The position numbers were made by a program, and so were the translations under genes. 64,000 nucleotides of DNA from Candidatus Dormiibacterota bacterium (lineage in GTDB: Bacteria > Chloroflexota > Dormibacteria > Aeolococcales > Aeolococcaceae). Below are positions 41,816 through 51,996 of this stretch, piece by piece; within the stretch, counting starts at the first letter, position 1, and every line of letters begins with the position of its first letter. Location of the stretch: contig CAVPXI010000023.1 of the NCBI GenBank assembly GCA_963709585.1, positions 1 through 64,000 of the forward strand, read 5' to 3'. The notes below the pieces were generated by a model. It saw only the letters and a program-made list of their open reading frames with translations. It was not told the DNA's origin and did no database searches.

Positions 41816-42923
41816 CCGTCCGCTGGATCTCCTGCCGCGATCAGCGGTGATCGCCGTGGCAATGTCGGGCGGAGTGGACTCCAGCGTCGCTGCCGCTCGC
41901 GTTGCGGCCACGGGTCTGCGCGCGTTCGGCATCACCCTGGCGATGTGGCGGGGAGGGCAGGAGATCGTCCGCGATCGCGGATGCTGCTCGATCGACGCGG
42001 TGGATGACGCCAGGCGGGTCGCGACCGCGCTGGCGCTGCCTCACTACGTCTGGAACCTCGAGCAGGATTTCGAGGGAGAAGTTGTGCGTGACTTCGAAGC
42101 CGGATACGAGCGCGGCATCACCCCGAATCCATGCGTCCGGTGCAACCAGCGCATCAAATTCGGCGTCCTGCTCGAGCGCGCTCGAGCGGCGGGGGCGACG
42201 CACCTGGCGACCGGCCACTATGCACGCACCGGCCGGAGGGGCTCGCTGGCGACACTGCATCGAGCCCGTGATGCCCGCCGCGACCAGGCATACGTGCTTC
42301 ACCGCCTCGATCAGCGCCAGCTGCAGAGCGCCGTCTTCGCGCTCGGCGCCGACGCATCCAAGGCGGGCGTCCGCGCCGAGGCGGCAGCCCTCGGTCTGGG
42401 AACGGCCGCCAAGCCCGAGTCACAGGACCTGTGCTTCATCGACTCGAACATCAGGTCCGAGTTGCGGCTGCGGCTCGCCGGTCGGTTCGCGCCCGGCGCG
42501 ATCATCGAGTCCGACGGCACGGTACTCGGGCAGCACGAGGGCCTCCCGTTCTATACGGTGGGTCAGCGCGCCGGCCTGGGGATTCAACCTTCGCGTCCCG
42601 ACGCGGCGCCGCGCTATGTCATCGAGCTCCTGCACGATGCGAACGCCGTGGTCGTCGGCCCGCGCGAAGCGTTGCGTCGAAGCACCGTCGAGGCATCCTC
42701 GTTCACGTGGGTCGCGGGCTCGGCGCCGCCGTCGGATACCGAGTGCGAGGCGCAGCTTCGGGCCCACGGCGACCCACACAGGGCACGGATCGAGGCAGGC
42801 GACCAGGACGTCGTGCGCGTCCGGTTCGAGACCCCGGTCGACCAGGCGGCGCCGGGCCAATCGCTGGTGCTCTACCGCGGTGATGAGGTCCTCGGAGGCG
42901 GATTGATCCGCCGGGCCGCCTGA
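41799..42923 (+). CDS. mnmA: tRNA 2-thiouridine(34) synthase
   Basis: AMSGGVDSS, GCCS, PNPCVRCN, ATGHYA, ESQDLCF, YTVGQRAG, APGQ. Confidence 0.95.
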   Translation: MAVAADRPLDLLPRSAVIAVAMSGGVDSSVAAARVAATGLRAFGITLAMWRGGQEIVRDRGCCSIDAVDDARRVATALALPHYVWNLEQDFEGEVVRDFEAGYERGITPNPCVRCNQRIKFGVLLERARAAGATHLATGHYARTGRRGSLATLHRARDARRDQAYVLHRLDQRQLQSAVFALGADASKAGVRAEAAALGLGTAAKPESQDLCFIDSNIRSELRLRLAGRFAPGAIIESDGTVLGQHEGLPFYTVGQRAGLGIQPSRPDAAPRYVIELLHDANAVVVGPREALRRSTVEASSFTWVAGSAPPSDTECEAQLRAHGDPHRARIEAGDQDVVRVRFETPVDQAAPGQSLVLYRGDEVLGGGLIRRAA

Positions 42924-42935
42924 GGCCCGCCGGCG

Positions 42936-43349
42936 GTGCCCCCGACCCCGGAGCAGATCGTCATCGGCATCATCGCGGTGCTCGCCGGCTGTCTGGCGGT
43001 GACCAGCTCGGCGTACGCCGGGCGGCGAACCGGGAACTGGCTGTACTACGTCTGCACGGTCGGGAGTCTCGCGTTCGTCGCGGGTGTCGTCGGCCAGCGG
43101 GTGTTCCCGAGCCCTGCCGCGATCACCCGCCTTGGGCCGGTCGCGGCCACGGGCTCCTCGCCGGGGCCATGGGATGCGGGGGTGTCATTGCCGCTGATCG
43201 GCATCAGGGTGACGCCGGTCGCGATCGTCGGGCTCCTGATCGCGGCCATCGGCCTGAGCCTCGTGCTCCTCTTCGAGCGCATCCCCAGCACGGCCCGTGC
43301 AACCGTGCCGGGGCGGACATCGCGGCTTGACGACGACGATTCGGTCTGA
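42936..43349 (+). CDS. Hypothetical 3-TM membrane protein
   Basis: Three hydrophobic segments and acidic tail. Confidence 0.65.
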   Translation: MPPTPEQIVIGIIAVLAGCLAVTSSAYAGRRTGNWLYYVCTVGSLAFVAGVVGQRVFPSPAAITRLGPVAATGSSPGPWDAGVSLPLIGIRVTPVAIVGLLIAAIGLSLVLLFERIPSTARATVPGRTSRLDDDDSV

Positions 43350-43382
43350 GCCTGCGCTGACTACAATGCCGCCCGCGCCCTC

Positions 43383-43997
43383 ATGACCCCCAACGCAATC
43401 GCGTTCTACGCCGTCGCCGTGCTCATCGTGCTTGCCGCCGGGGCCGCAGTTGGGCTTCCTTCACTGCGCCATGCCGGGTACGCGGGCGCCGCTGTGATCG
43501 TGCTCCTGGCCGTGCTCGAGCTCATTTCCGGCGCCTACGCGCTGGCTGTGGTGCAACTCGTGGTGCCCGCCGTGGCGACTGCGATTGTCACCCTGGTGCT
43601 CCGGCGTGACGCCTACCGCGGTCTGGTCGTCGTACCCCATGCGCCTGAACGTCTCTGGATCGCCGGGCCGATCGCCATCGGCGTTGCGGTGGTGCTCATT
43701 GTCACCGTGGCGGTCGTCGGATCCGGTTGGTATCCCGGGTTCCAGGGGTATGCGAAGCTCGCCCCCACCGCCGCGCTGATCACCGTGCTCCATTACCGCG
43801 CGCCGTACGCGCTCGCCATCAGCGTTGTCCTGGTGATCGTCACCGCAGCCGCCGGACTTGTCATCGGCAGGCGCAGCGCGGACGAGCAGACGCTCGACCA
43901 GCGCATCCAGCAGCGCCGCGAGCGCGAAGAGCTGGCGCGCAGGCGCCGCGCGGACCGAGAGCAGGGGCGACGGCGTCCGGCGGAGAACGACTCGTGA
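43383..43997 (+). CDS. NuoJ-like membrane protein (divergent)
   Basis: IAFYAVAVLIV start, LAVVQLVV, 5 TM layout, position before K/L/M/N-like genes. Confidence 0.7.
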   Translation: MTPNAIAFYAVAVLIVLAAGAAVGLPSLRHAGYAGAAVIVLLAVLELISGAYALAVVQLVVPAVATAIVTLVLRRDAYRGLVVVPHAPERLWIAGPIAIGVAVVLIVTVAVVGSGWYPGFQGYAKLAPTAALITVLHYRAPYALAISVVLVIVTAAAGLVIGRRSADEQTLDQRIQQRREREELARRRRADREQGRRRPAENDS

Positions 43998-44308
43998 CCG
44001 TCGGTCCGGGAGCGTTCGTGGCGCTGAGCGCCGCCGTTTTCGCAATTGGGATCTACGGGGTGCTCGCGCGCCGCCATCCGCTAGGGGTTGCGATGGCGAT
44101 CGGACTCCTGTTCGCGGCACCGGTCATCGCCCTGGTCGGGTTCACCCACGCGATCAACGTCGGACCGCCTGCCTACGGCGACGCCTTGGCCGCCCTCGCC
44201 ATCGTTGTGGCGAGCTGCATCTGCAGCCTTGGCTTTGCTTTGATCGTGCTGCTCTGGCGCCGCACCGGGCGCGCGGACATCGACGCGCTCGGCGATCGCG
44301 AGGCATAG
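43994..44308 (+). CDS. NuoK-like 3-TM protein (divergent)
   Basis: LSAAVFAIGIYGVLARR; size and position. Confidence 0.75.
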   Translation: MTVGPGAFVALSAAVFAIGIYGVLARRHPLGVAMAIGLLFAAPVIALVGFTHAINVGPPAYGDALAALAIVVASCICSLGFALIVLLWRRTGRADIDALGDREA

Positions 44309-44313
44309 CGGCG

Positions 44314-46345
44314 TTGACCATCTACTACGCGGCGTGGGCGATCCCCTTCCTGCCGTTGCTCGGCGCGCTCGCCTCGCTTGGGGCGGAAAGCCAGCGGCGG
44401 GCCGCGCAGCTGTGCGTCGCGTTCAGCGGTCTGTCGTTCGTCGTCGCGGCGATCGTGCTCGGCGTCCGCCTGACTCACGCGCCGGCCGCGCCATTCGAAC
44501 TCGCTGTTGACATTCTTCGCGATGAACCCACCGGAGGGCGCGGTCTTCGCAACCCAGTTCCAGGCACAGGTCGGGATCCACGTCGACGCGCTCTCGGCAA
44601 GCTTCGCGGCGGCCATCGCGTTCGCGACGCTGGTCATCCAGACATATGCCGTCAACGCGATGCGCGGCGCGCAAGGGTTCCGGCGGTTCTTCTGCGCGTC
44701 GTCGGTGCTCGGCTTCTGCACCACCGGCTTCGTGCTCAGCCCCAATCTCTTCGACTCGCTGATCCTGTGGGTGGGGGCGTCGGCGAGCCTCTACGTCCTG
44801 CTCTCATTGTCGTGGCAATATGCGGACGCGGCGCGTCGCGCGATGCGCGCGATGGTGATCCTCACCGCGAGCGACATCGCGCTCACCCTCGGCGTGGTCT
44901 TCACGTGGATCAAGTTCGGTGTCTTTTCGTCGCTGCTGCCCGCGCCTCCCGGACAGACGATCGCGGATCCCTTTTCGTTCAACGTCATCTCGCAGGGAGT
45001 GATCGCGACCCTGCATCACGGCGTGGCGAGCACCGGCCCGCGCGCGATCCTGGTCATGGGTATCGTGTTCCTGGTCGCCGCCGCCGTCCGCAGCGTGCAG
45101 TTTCCGTTCACCGTCTGGCTCACCGACGCCGCATCGTCCGCAATCCCGGTGCTCGCGCTCGCCGCGGCCACGGTCGCGCCGCTCGGGCTTTACCTCGTGG
45201 CGCGGATCTACCCGGTGGTCGCCCACGCTCCGCGAGCGCTTCCCGTCCTGGCGTTGGTCGGCGGCGTGAGCGCGGCGATCAGCGCCGCGACCGGGATCGC
45301 GCAGCGGAGCATCGCGAGAATCGCCGTGTGCGCCGTCGCCTCGGAGCTGGGGCTCGGACTCGTCGCCCTGGGGATGGGCGGATACAGCCCCGGCGTGTTC
45401 ATCGCGTTCACCTCCGTGTTCACCTCGACGCTCCTGCTCCTTGCAGTTGGCAACCTGGTGCGCGCCTATCGCACAGACGACATCAGCGAGATGGGCGGCG
45501 CGTGGGCGAAGTTGCGCACCACCAGCATCGCGCTCGTCGTTTGGGCGCTGCTCGCGGGCGGAATCGGCCTGAGCGCCTATTACGCGCTGTCGTCCGCGCT
45601 CAACGGCATCGACCCTGCCGGGGGAGTCTTCAGTGGGAGCGAGCGCGCGGTCGTGACCATCGTCACCGTCATCGCCGCGGCGCTCGTGGCGTTGCTCGCC
45701 GGTCGTCTCCTGCTCACCGTGACCTCCGGAGCGGTGACACGCCGGCGAGGATTCCAGCACGATCGGATTGCCGAGGTCGAGAACGCGTTACGCCGTCCCC
45801 TCTGGATCGCGATCGTCGCCGCAGTGGTCGCGGTGCTCATCGGGTTGCCGGGACTGCAGCCCTTCCACCTCGGCGGCGCGCGGGTCGCCGGCCTGACCTT
45901 CATGCGATTCGTGTACTACGGAAGTCATCCACAGGCGATCGGGCCTGATGGGTTGGCAGCACTCATCGCGCTGCTCAGCCTGGCGGGCGGTTTCGGCGCG
46001 GCGTATGTCGGGTTCGGTCCGGCGCGAAGAGCTGCGGCGCTTGCGGCCGGCGCTGCGCGACCCCTGCGCGTGGCCGAGCAGGGCTACTACATCGAGCGTC
46101 TCACCGAACTGGCCGCGGAGCCGCTGCTCGCGATCGCCGGGAGCGTGTCGAGCTTCGATGCGCAGGTGATCGCCCCGATCGCAGCCTCGGTGGGGGAGAG
46201 TGTCGATGACGACGCCACGCTGCTTGGAGCGTTCCGCAACGCTCGATTCGCGCGCTACCTCGCCGGCAGCCTGGTGGTCGTCACGATTCTCGCGGTGCTG
46301 TCGGTGCTCGCCGCGACCGGACATCTCTGGGTCCACCTGACATGA
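44314..46345 (+). CDS. NuoL/MrpA-like antiporter-fold protein (divergent), frameshift near 44497
   Basis: IPFLPLLG, VDALS, RRFF, SVQFPFTVWLTDA, YLVAR, DISEMGG. Confidence 0.8.
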
Positions 46346-47832
46346 GCGTCATCCTCTCGACGATCGTCTGGTCGCCGCTGTTCTTCGCGCTCATCGCTCT
46401 CTTCCTTCCCGAGCGCGATGACGACGAGCGCGCCCGGGTGCGGACGGTCGCGCTCGCGGGCGCGGGAGTGAGCTTCTTCGTGACCACATTCTTCGCCATC
46501 CTGGGGCAGATCACACTGGGCACCGGGGGCGGTCTCGCGTCGGCCTACCAGGAGAACCACACGTGGTTCGGGAACTTCCTCTTCCAGGCGCACTACGACC
46601 TCGTCGCGGACGGCATCACCCTTCCGCTGCTCGTGGTGGTGACCACCGTCTTCGCCTGCGCGATGTTCCACTCATGGAAGATCCACGAACGCGTCCGACT
46701 GTACGTGATCCTCGTGCTGCTGCTCGAGACCGCCGTCAACGGGGTGCTGTGTTCCTCGGACTTCGTTTTGTTCGTGTTCTTCTGGGGCCTGCTGCTGGTC
46801 CCGATGTACCTGCTCATCCGTATCTGGGGCGGCGACGGTGCGCGCCGGGCCGCCGCATGGTTCGCGGGATTTCACGCGGTGTCACTCGGGTTGATCATCG
46901 CAACCGTCGCGATCATCGTCGTGGAGGCGGGTGCTGGGTCCTCGGATATGAGCGCCGCCCAGACGAGCTTCCCGGTTACCGCTGAGACGGTCGGATTCTG
47001 GTTGAGCTTCGCCGGCTTCGCGATCGCGATGGCCATCTTCCCCGTGCACACCTGGATGCTCGAGGCGCAAAGCAAGGCGAGCGCCGGTGTCGCGACGATT
47101 CTTTCCGGGACGACGTTGCTGCTCGGCGCCTACGGGATGATGCGCATCAGCCTCGTCGTCTTCCCGACCGCGGCGCACTATTACTCATTCGCGATCACCG
47201 GGCTCGCTGTCGTGGGCGCGTTCTGGGGCTGCATCGGCGCCCTCCGCCAGGACGAGTTGCGCCGGTTCATCGGGTACATGAACGTTGCGCAGATGTCGCT
47301 CGTCCTGCTCGCCATCGGCGCGCAGACCTCGGTCGCGCTCGTCGGGGCAGTTCTGCTGCTCGCCGGGCAGGCATTCGCATCAGCGATGCTCACCCTGGTC
47401 AGCGGCGCGATCGAGGAGCGCACCCGGACCACGAGCATTCGCGCCATGGGCGGGCTCGTCACGCAGGCACCGCGACTCGCGGGTTTCTGGCTCGTCGCAG
47501 CGGCGAGCGTGATCGGGGTGCCGTTGCTCGCCGGATTCACCGGCGACTTCATGGTGTTCGCGGGCTCATTCCCCGGGCATCGGATTGCCACGGTGCTGGT
47601 GATGGCGAGCGTGATCGTGACCACCGGCGGTCTCCTGTGGGTCGCCAATCGCGTCTTCTTCGGACCCGTCCGCGACCAGTTCGCACGGGTGCGTGACGTC
47701 ACCCTCCTGGATCTGACCGTGCTCATCCCCCTGGTTGCCGCCGTGTTGCTGTTCGGCGTGCGGGCGGGGGCGGTCGTCCCGGTGATCGCCAACGGAGTGC
47801 TCGAGATCACCACGCGGATCGCCGGAGGCTAG
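46342..47832 (+). CDS. NuoM-like antiporter-fold protein (divergent)
   Basis: DGITLPL, LVPMYLLIRIWGG, FPVHTW, LGAYG, ERTRT, MGGL, RVFFGP. Confidence 0.85.
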   Translation: MSVILSTIVWSPLFFALIALFLPERDDDERARVRTVALAGAGVSFFVTTFFAILGQITLGTGGGLASAYQENHTWFGNFLFQAHYDLVADGITLPLLVVVTTVFACAMFHSWKIHERVRLYVILVLLLETAVNGVLCSSDFVLFVFFWGLLLVPMYLLIRIWGGDGARRAAAWFAGFHAVSLGLIIATVAIIVVEAGAGSSDMSAAQTSFPVTAETVGFWLSFAGFAIAMAIFPVHTWMLEAQSKASAGVATILSGTTLLLGAYGMMRISLVVFPTAAHYYSFAITGLAVVGAFWGCIGALRQDELRRFIGYMNVAQMSLVLLAIGAQTSVALVGAVLLLAGQAFASAMLTLVSGAIEERTRTTSIRAMGGLVTQAPRLAGFWLVAAASVIGVPLLAGFTGDFMVFAGSFPGHRIATVLVMASVIVTTGGLLWVANRVFFGPVRDQFARVRDVTLLDLTVLIPLVAAVLLFGVRAGAVVPVIANGVLEITTRIAGG

Positions 47833-47835
47833 GCG

Positions 47836-49323
47836 ATGACCGTGAATTTCGCGCACGCGATGACGCTGGCGCTGCTCCCCGAGGCGATGCTCGTCGGCAC
47901 GGCACTGCTCTCCGTGCTGGTTGCGGTGGTGCGGCCCGGACTCCGCCCCGATATCCATCGCTGGATGGCGTGCATCGGCCTCGCCGGGTCGCTCGCGGCG
48001 TGCGGGTTGGTGCTGCTCGGCCTCCGCAACATGCGCTCCGGGATCGCGATCACGGTCTGGAACGGCGGCTTCGTCGTCGACAGCTTTGCGCTCTTCATCG
48101 CGATCCTCGCGTGCGTGACCGCGCTCTGCACCTGCCTCATCAGCGATGCGGCCGTGCGCACTATCCCGACACGGACGAGCGCCTACTACGCGCTCATTCT
48201 CGTCTCGACAGCTGGAGCAGAGGCGATCGCCGCAGAACGTGAGATGACCACGTTCTTCGTCGCCCTCGCCGTCGTGCTTGTCTGCCTGGTCGCCCTCGGT
48301 GCGCTCGTCAAGACCAACCCGCGTGGAGCCGTCTCCTCGTTCGAGCACCTCATCGAAGGAGGCGTCGGCATCGCCACCGTGCTGTACGGGCTCGTGCTCC
48401 TCTACGGAACCACCCGGAGCACCAACCTCGCCGCGGTCGCCGCCGCCGCTCGCGCGGCTCCCGGGGCGGTCGCGCTCGGCGTGGCGCTGGTAATGCTCGG
48501 TCTCTGCGCCACGTTCGGCGTCTTCCCCCTGCGGCAGTGGGTGGGGCGCGTTGCCTTCAGCGTTCCCGCGGGCACGGCCGGGTTCATCCTGGCGATGAGC
48601 ATGATCGCTGGTGCGGGCGCGCTGGCACGCGTGACCGTCTCGGGCTTGGGTCCGGGTGTCGGGGTCTGGCGATGGCTTGTCCCCATCGTCGCGGCGGTCG
48701 CGCTCGGCGTCGCCTCACTGAGCTCACTGCGCGAGACCACGATCTCGCGCCTGATCGGCCAGCTGGTCAGTGCCCAGGCGGCGATGCTGCTGCTCGGGCT
48801 GCTCGCGTTCACGACCGGGTCGCGAGGTCTGCCCGCGTACGGGATGACCGCATTCCTCGGCGGTCTCGGTATCGCCGCGATCGCAACCGTGGCCGCGTTC
48901 GGGGTGCTCGCGATGCTCCAGGTGGCCGGGATCGGCGATGCCATCGGCGACCTTCGCGGGCTGGCCCACCGTTCCGCGCCGGCGGCGCTGCTCCTCACCG
49001 TCGCGCTGACAACCCTCGCCGGGGTACCGCCGCTCGCGGGCTTTCTCTCGCGCGTGCTGCTCATCTCGAGCGCGGCCGACACCCACTACGGCTGGCTGGC
49101 GATCGTCGCCGTCGGCGCGACCCTGCTGACGATGATCGCCGCGCTGCGGGTTGTGGCCACGCTGTACGCGGATGCCGGCGACGAGGTCCCGTTCACGCTC
49201 GGAGCCACGCCGGTGGTGTCTCGGGTCGTCGCCGGCGCGGCCTGTCTCGCCGGTGTCGGCCTGGTGGTGCTGATCCAGCCGCTGCTCGCGGTGGCGACGG
49301 CGGGAGCCGGAACACTGCGCTGA
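47836..49323 (+). CDS. NuoN-like antiporter-fold protein (divergent)
   Basis: LLPE, YGLVLLYGTT, LRGL, LAGVPPLAGF. Confidence 0.8.
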   Translation: MTVNFAHAMTLALLPEAMLVGTALLSVLVAVVRPGLRPDIHRWMACIGLAGSLAACGLVLLGLRNMRSGIAITVWNGGFVVDSFALFIAILACVTALCTCLISDAAVRTIPTRTSAYYALILVSTAGAEAIAAEREMTTFFVALAVVLVCLVALGALVKTNPRGAVSSFEHLIEGGVGIATVLYGLVLLYGTTRSTNLAAVAAAARAAPGAVALGVALVMLGLCATFGVFPLRQWVGRVAFSVPAGTAGFILAMSMIAGAGALARVTVSGLGPGVGVWRWLVPIVAAVALGVASLSSLRETTISRLIGQLVSAQAAMLLLGLLAFTTGSRGLPAYGMTAFLGGLGIAAIATVAAFGVLAMLQVAGIGDAIGDLRGLAHRSAPAALLLTVALTTLAGVPPLAGFLSRVLLISSAADTHYGWLAIVAVGATLLTMIAALRVVATLYADAGDEVPFTLGATPVVSRVVAGAACLAGVGLVVLIQPLLAVATAGAGTLR

Positions 49324-49358
49324 TCGCCCTGGAGCGCCCGTCGGGAGCGAGGCGCGAT

Positions 49359-50186
49359 ATGCCCGCCGTTGCGCTGGGCGTGATCACCACGGTCGTGCGC
49401 GTGCTCGGCCCCGCTCGCGGCATCGCCGCGGCTGCGGTGGGATCGACCTGGTACGCGCGCCTCAGCCGCGACGAGCGCGTCCGCGCCGCGGCGAATCACC
49501 ACCGCCTTCAGCCGCACCTCGACCACGCGGCGGCCGCGACACTGGCGCGGCGTTCGTACCAGGAGTACGTGCGCATGATCGTCGACTCGATGTGGGCAGA
49601 GCCGCTGGAGTTGGCCAAGGTGCTGAAGTTGTTTCGCGTGATCGGCGCCGAGCACCTCAACGTCGGCGAGCGCGGATCCATGGTCGTGCTCCCGCACTTC
49701 GGCAACTGGGACATGGCCGCGAGCGCCTCGCTCGGTCTCGGCCTGCACCTGAGCACGGTGATGGCACCGGTGGTGTCGCCGGGGATCACCGAGATGGTCG
49801 CGCTCTCGCGGCAGCGCAAGGGGCTCGAGATCTTCACGGTGCGGCAGTCCGCCCGGGGGCTGTTCCGCGCGTTGCGTCGGGGCAGGACGGTCGCGCTGAT
49901 GCTCGACGTTCCGGAGGCGGGTCCCACCGTCGTGGTGCCGTTCTGCGGCGGACCGGTGGCCTGCAGCGCTGTCCCGGCGCGTCTGGCTGCGGCCACCGGT
50001 GCGCCGATCCTCCCGGTCACGTGCCGGCGCGAAGGCCGGGGATGGGTGCTCGAGATCCACCCGCCGGTCGAGACGTCAGGGGACGATGCGGCGGTGATCG
50101 GAAGGATCGCGGCGCGCGTCGAGCCTGCCATTCGTGCCCATCCCGAGCAGTGGTATCCCTTTCACCACGTGTATGCGGATCGCTGA
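49359..50186 (+). CDS. LpxL/PatA-type (lauroyl/PIM) acyltransferase
   Basis: HFGNWD, ALRRG, PARLA, HPEQWY. Confidence 0.88.
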   Translation: MPAVALGVITTVVRVLGPARGIAAAAVGSTWYARLSRDERVRAAANHHRLQPHLDHAAAATLARRSYQEYVRMIVDSMWAEPLELAKVLKLFRVIGAEHLNVGERGSMVVLPHFGNWDMAASASLGLGLHLSTVMAPVVSPGITEMVALSRQRKGLEIFTVRQSARGLFRALRRGRTVALMLDVPEAGPTVVVPFCGGPVACSAVPARLAAATGAPILPVTCRREGRGWVLEIHPPVETSGDDAAVIGRIAARVEPAIRAHPEQWYPFHHVYADR

Positions 50187-51315
50187 GCGCGACGAGCTGA
50201 CCGTGGCGGCGCGGGCGCTGCAGGTGGCCGCGGGCGCCGGGTCTGTGATGGCGACTGCCTGGGCTCCGGGGCGCTGCACGCTCGCCGGCGAGCACGTTGA
50301 CTATGCGGGCGGCCTGGTGCTCTGCCTGGCGGTCGATCTGGGGATTGCGGCGGCGGTCCGCCCGAGCGCGACGACGCGGTACCTGGCGACCAGCGGCGGC
50401 CTGACCGTCACGCGTTCCGAGGCCGAACCCGTGGGAGACATCGGAGATCGGGTGCTTGCCCCGGTGGTCGTGCTGCGCAGGCGGGGGCTCTCCGTTCCGG
50501 CGGTCGAAGTCGGTATCGCGGCGACCCTTCCGGCCGGAGCGGGCCTCGCCTCGTCTGCCGCGCTCATCGTCGCCACCACCACCGCGCTGCTGCGGATGAC
50601 GGCGATGACGATGACGGCGCGGGATCTCGCCGCGGTTGCGCTGTCCGCCGAGCGCGATGTCCTTGACATTCCCTGCGGCCCGCTCGACCAGCGAGCGATC
50701 GTCGACGCACCCGACGGCGGTGCGTTGCTCCTCGACTGCGCCACCGGCGCCGAGACGTCCGTGCAATGGCCCTGGGCCGACGCAGTCCTCGTGGGCTGCG
50801 ACACCGGGACGCATCACGACGTGGGCGGCGCAGAGTACCGGCGCCGCCGCGAGGAGACCGAGTCAGGGCTCGCGGCGCTGCATGTCGCGAGCTGTCAGGA
50901 GTTGAGCGCACCGGCCCTCGAGACGTCGGACCTCGACCCTGTGGTCAAACGGCGCCTCCGGCACGTGATGGAGGAGAGCGTGCGCGCCGCCCAGGCGGCC
51001 GCGGCACTGCGACGGGCCGATCTCGAGGCGCTTGGACACCTGATGTCGGCAAGCCATCGATCGCTCCGTGACCTGCACGAGGTGAGCACGCCCGCGCTCG
51101 ATGCGGTGGTCGCCGCGGCTGAGGCCGTGCCCGGCTGCGCCGGGGCCCGCCTGGTCGGCGCCGGCTTCGGCGGTGCCGTGGTGGCGCTGGTCACGAGACA
51201 CGCGGCCGGCGCCTGCCGAGAGGCGATGGCTGACGCGTGCGGCGGAGGGTCGACGTTCGAGCTCCGGCCTTCACCCGGGGTCGCGATTCTCGCCCCCGAC
51301 GTGGTGCAGGGCTAG
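50173..51315 (+). CDS. galK: Galactokinase-family GHMP kinase
   Basis: APGR..GEHVDY, PAGAGLASSAA, LDQ, GARLVGAGFGG. Confidence 0.8.
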   Translation: MRIAERDELTVAARALQVAAGAGSVMATAWAPGRCTLAGEHVDYAGGLVLCLAVDLGIAAAVRPSATTRYLATSGGLTVTRSEAEPVGDIGDRVLAPVVVLRRRGLSVPAVEVGIAATLPAGAGLASSAALIVATTTALLRMTAMTMTARDLAAVALSAERDVLDIPCGPLDQRAIVDAPDGGALLLDCATGAETSVQWPWADAVLVGCDTGTHHDVGGAEYRRRREETESGLAALHVASCQELSAPALETSDLDPVVKRRLRHVMEESVRAAQAAAALRRADLEALGHLMSASHRSLRDLHEVSTPALDAVVAAAEAVPGCAGARLVGAGFGGAVVALVTRHAAGACREAMADACGGGSTFELRPSPGVAILAPDVVQG

Positions 51316-51327
51316 ACTCGACGCCGC

Positions 51328-51954
51328 ATGGCTGGCAACGCGGCGACCGCGGCAGGCTGCGCCGCCGGGTATCTGATCGGGTCGGTGCCGTTCGGCCTGA
51401 TCGTCGGAAGGGCTGCGGGCGGCCTCGACGTTCGTGATTTCGGCAGCGGCAACATGGGAACGGCCAACGTGCTGCGCACCGTCGGCGCCAGAGCGGGGGC
51501 GGTCACCTTCGCGCTTGACGTCGCCAAGGGCGCGGCCGCGGTCGGGCTGGCGCGACGCCTTGGCGCCGACCCCGCCGCGCAGGCCGCGGCCGGGCTTGCC
51601 TCGTGTGTCGGGCATTCATGGCCGGTCTTCGCTCGGTTTCGCGGCGGCAAGGCGGTTGCGACGGCGTTCGGCGGGTTGCTCATGGTGTCGCCCGAGGCGG
51701 CGGCCTGGGCCACCTTTGGCGGAATCGGTGCGCTCGCCCTGAGCCGCACCATGTCGGTCGGGTCGCTGACCGCCGCGGGGACGGCAACGCTGGGGGCCGG
51801 CCTCGACAGCCGCCGCCGCCGCGACGCGGTGCCGTTCGTCTTCACTGCGCTGGCGTCGACGCTCGTGATCGTCCGTCACGCGCCGAACATCCGGCGGATC
51901 GCTCGTGGCGAGGAACCGCAGTTGTCGGCCCGTCTGTGGGGCGGTCGTCACTGA
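51328..51954 (+). CDS. plsY: Glycerol-3-phosphate 1-O-acyltransferase
   Basis: YLIGSVPFG, GSGNMGTANVLR, DVAKG, GHSWP, FRGGKAVAT, HAPNIRR. Confidence 0.95.
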   Translation: MAGNAATAAGCAAGYLIGSVPFGLIVGRAAGGLDVRDFGSGNMGTANVLRTVGARAGAVTFALDVAKGAAAVGLARRLGADPAAQAAAGLASCVGHSWPVFARFRGGKAVATAFGGLLMVSPEAAAWATFGGIGALALSRTMSVGSLTAAGTATLGAGLDSRRRRDAVPFVFTALASTLVIVRHAPNIRRIARGEEPQLSARLWGGRH

Positions 51955-51996
51955 TTCATCAGCGAAGCTCGGAGAACCCCTTCGTATGCTCGAATC

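Noticed and set aside
42936-43349. 3-TM gene as a possible nuoA
   Set aside because: No NuoA motifs (YECG, FDVE) visible; kept as hypothetical
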